DNA of 64,000 bases from Octopus sinensis (Eukaryota), in NCBI RefSeq assembly GCF_006345805.1, contig NC_043009.1:7130001-7194000 (forward strand). Direction: 5' to 3'. The position numbers were made by a program, and so were the translations under genes. The notes beneath the pieces are model-generated. The model was not told the origin of the DNA, ran no database searches, and saw only the letters and a list, made by a program, of their open reading frames with translations. How positions within the stretch are numbered: the stretch's first letter is position 1; every line of letters starts with the position of its first letter. Of the stretch, positions 62,750-64,000 are shown piece by piece.

Positions 62750-63070
62750 TTTTACTTGTTTAAGTTATTGACCTGCAGTCAGGATGGGGCACAACTTTCA
62801 AGGGATTTTAGTTGCACAAATCGACGCTAGTGCCTATTCTTTTAAACTTGATACTTATTCGACTAGCATGTGTTACCAAATCGCTCAGTCATGTGGACGT
62901 AAACAAACCAACGCCGTTGTGGTAGGTGAGGTAACAATTCCGACACAAAGATAGACACCCACATATATGAAGGGCTTTCATATTGTCTAATGGCCCAGTG
63001 CACGGCGCAGTGGCAGTGAACCCGATAAGCAGTGGTTGCAAAGCATACATCAGAACCACCCAGCCGTATC
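62750..63070 (-). mobile_element. Old diverged SINE-B
   Basis: ttttacttgtttaagttattgacctgcagtc...ggacgtaaacaaaccaacgccg...gcagtgaacccg. Confidence 0.6.
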
Positions 63071-63159
63071 AAATCAAAGTGGGAACACATTTGATCAAAA
63101 CTGTACTCGAACACACGTGATCGAGGTATAAGTCACACAAACCAATAAACCCGTTTCAA

Positions 63160-63420
63160 GAGGCATTTCCTCTATAGGATCCTATCAGAAACAACAGTTA
63201 TTACATTTTCCGACGGGATTCCCAAAGAGCTCCAACTGAGACAACCACTATTATCCAGTCATCTCATACATGGTTTACCCCGAGGTCTCCTGTCTTTTTG
63301 TTCAACTTGAAGAGTCCATTTTGCGATTCTATCCTGTACCCGCCTAATCACATACTCAGAGTACTGAAAATGTGATTTCTCAATGCAGAGAGGAAGCGGC
63401 TCGATCTGGCGAGACTCCAC
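63160..63420 (-). mobile_element. RTE-clade LINE 3' ORF fragment
   Basis: ESRQIEPLPLCIEKSHFQYSEYVIRRVQDRIAKWTLQVEQKDRRPRGKPCMR*LDN...SWSSLGIPSENVITVVSDRIL*RKCL matches the RTE C-terminus RPRGRP..RW.D...DR..WR. Confidence 0.8.
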
Positions 63421-63464
63421 ATGGTAATGGTTCAGCGCTAAAAAATTCGATCTCGTTCCTAATG

Positions 63465-63784
63465 TATATTTCTTTGCTACCCACGAGTGGCTAAAGTCGA
63501 CCTCGGCGGAATTTGAACTCAGAACGTAATGACAAACGAAATATCTATTTCTCTTTCTTTACTACCCACAAGGGGCTAAACACAGAGGGGACAAACAAGG
63601 ACAGACAAACAAATAAAGTCGATTATATCGACCCCAGTGCGTAACTGGTACTTAATTTATCGACTCTGAAAGGATGAAAGGCAAAGTCGACCTCAGTGGA
63701 ATTTGAACTCAGAACGTAACCGCAGACGAAATACAGCTACGCATTTCGCCCGGCGTGCTAACGTTTCTGCCAACTGGCCGCCTT
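63465..63784 (-). mobile_element. SINE-A monomer plus a deleted second monomer
   Basis: Reverse complement starts aaggcggccagttggcagaaacgttagcacgccgggcg. Confidence 0.9.
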
Positions 63785-64000
63785 TCATAATGTAGTTCGG
63801 TGATCTAAAAGCTGTAAATTTGGCTTACTATATAACTTACTTGCTAATATTATTTTTAAAAAAGAAACACTTATTTATATGGAAGGAAAATTAAATATTT
63901 TTTGTTATTATACTCGCTAGATGCAACGCAACGAATAATTCTGAATGTGCCAGCAATGTTGGATGTTGCGTCTTAGAGAAATCGAAGATAGTGGGGACAT

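Overview
This is AT-rich, microsatellite-dense eukaryotic DNA. The SINE families and repeat landscape point to an Octopus (coleoid cephalopod) genome, which is an inference. I found no protein-coding gene, rRNA, tRNA gene or CRISPR array that I can support; nearly all tracked ORFs are translations of microsatellites or SINEs. The window is mostly transposon relics: (1) several tRNA-derived SINE families, labelled A-D here, with swapped heads and tails; (2) three Tc1/mariner relics: a Tc1 fragment, an internally deleted DD37D maT, and a 368-bp derivative with intact TIRs; (3) Helitron/Helentron non-autonomous elements; (4) RTE LINE 3' fragments; (5) Penelope-like (PLE) relics, including a GIY-YIG endonuclease fragment. 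The most interesting signals are: (a) several PLE-type minimal hammerhead ribozyme motifs with different catalytic-core variants, including one canonical type-I hammerhead at 48389-48480 whose 3' half is duplicated as an 84-bp inverted repeat, and one with a compensatory U3:A8 core at 13887-13930; (b) two independent antisense insertions of SINE-A into the same internal site of other SINE-A copies; (c) a near-identical ~1446-bp tandem duplication whose junction is a chimeric SINE; (d) a 63-bp-arm foldback at 57.2-57.4 kb; (e) a possible heavily decayed LRR/Toll-like-receptor pseudogene at 59.8-61.9 kb.
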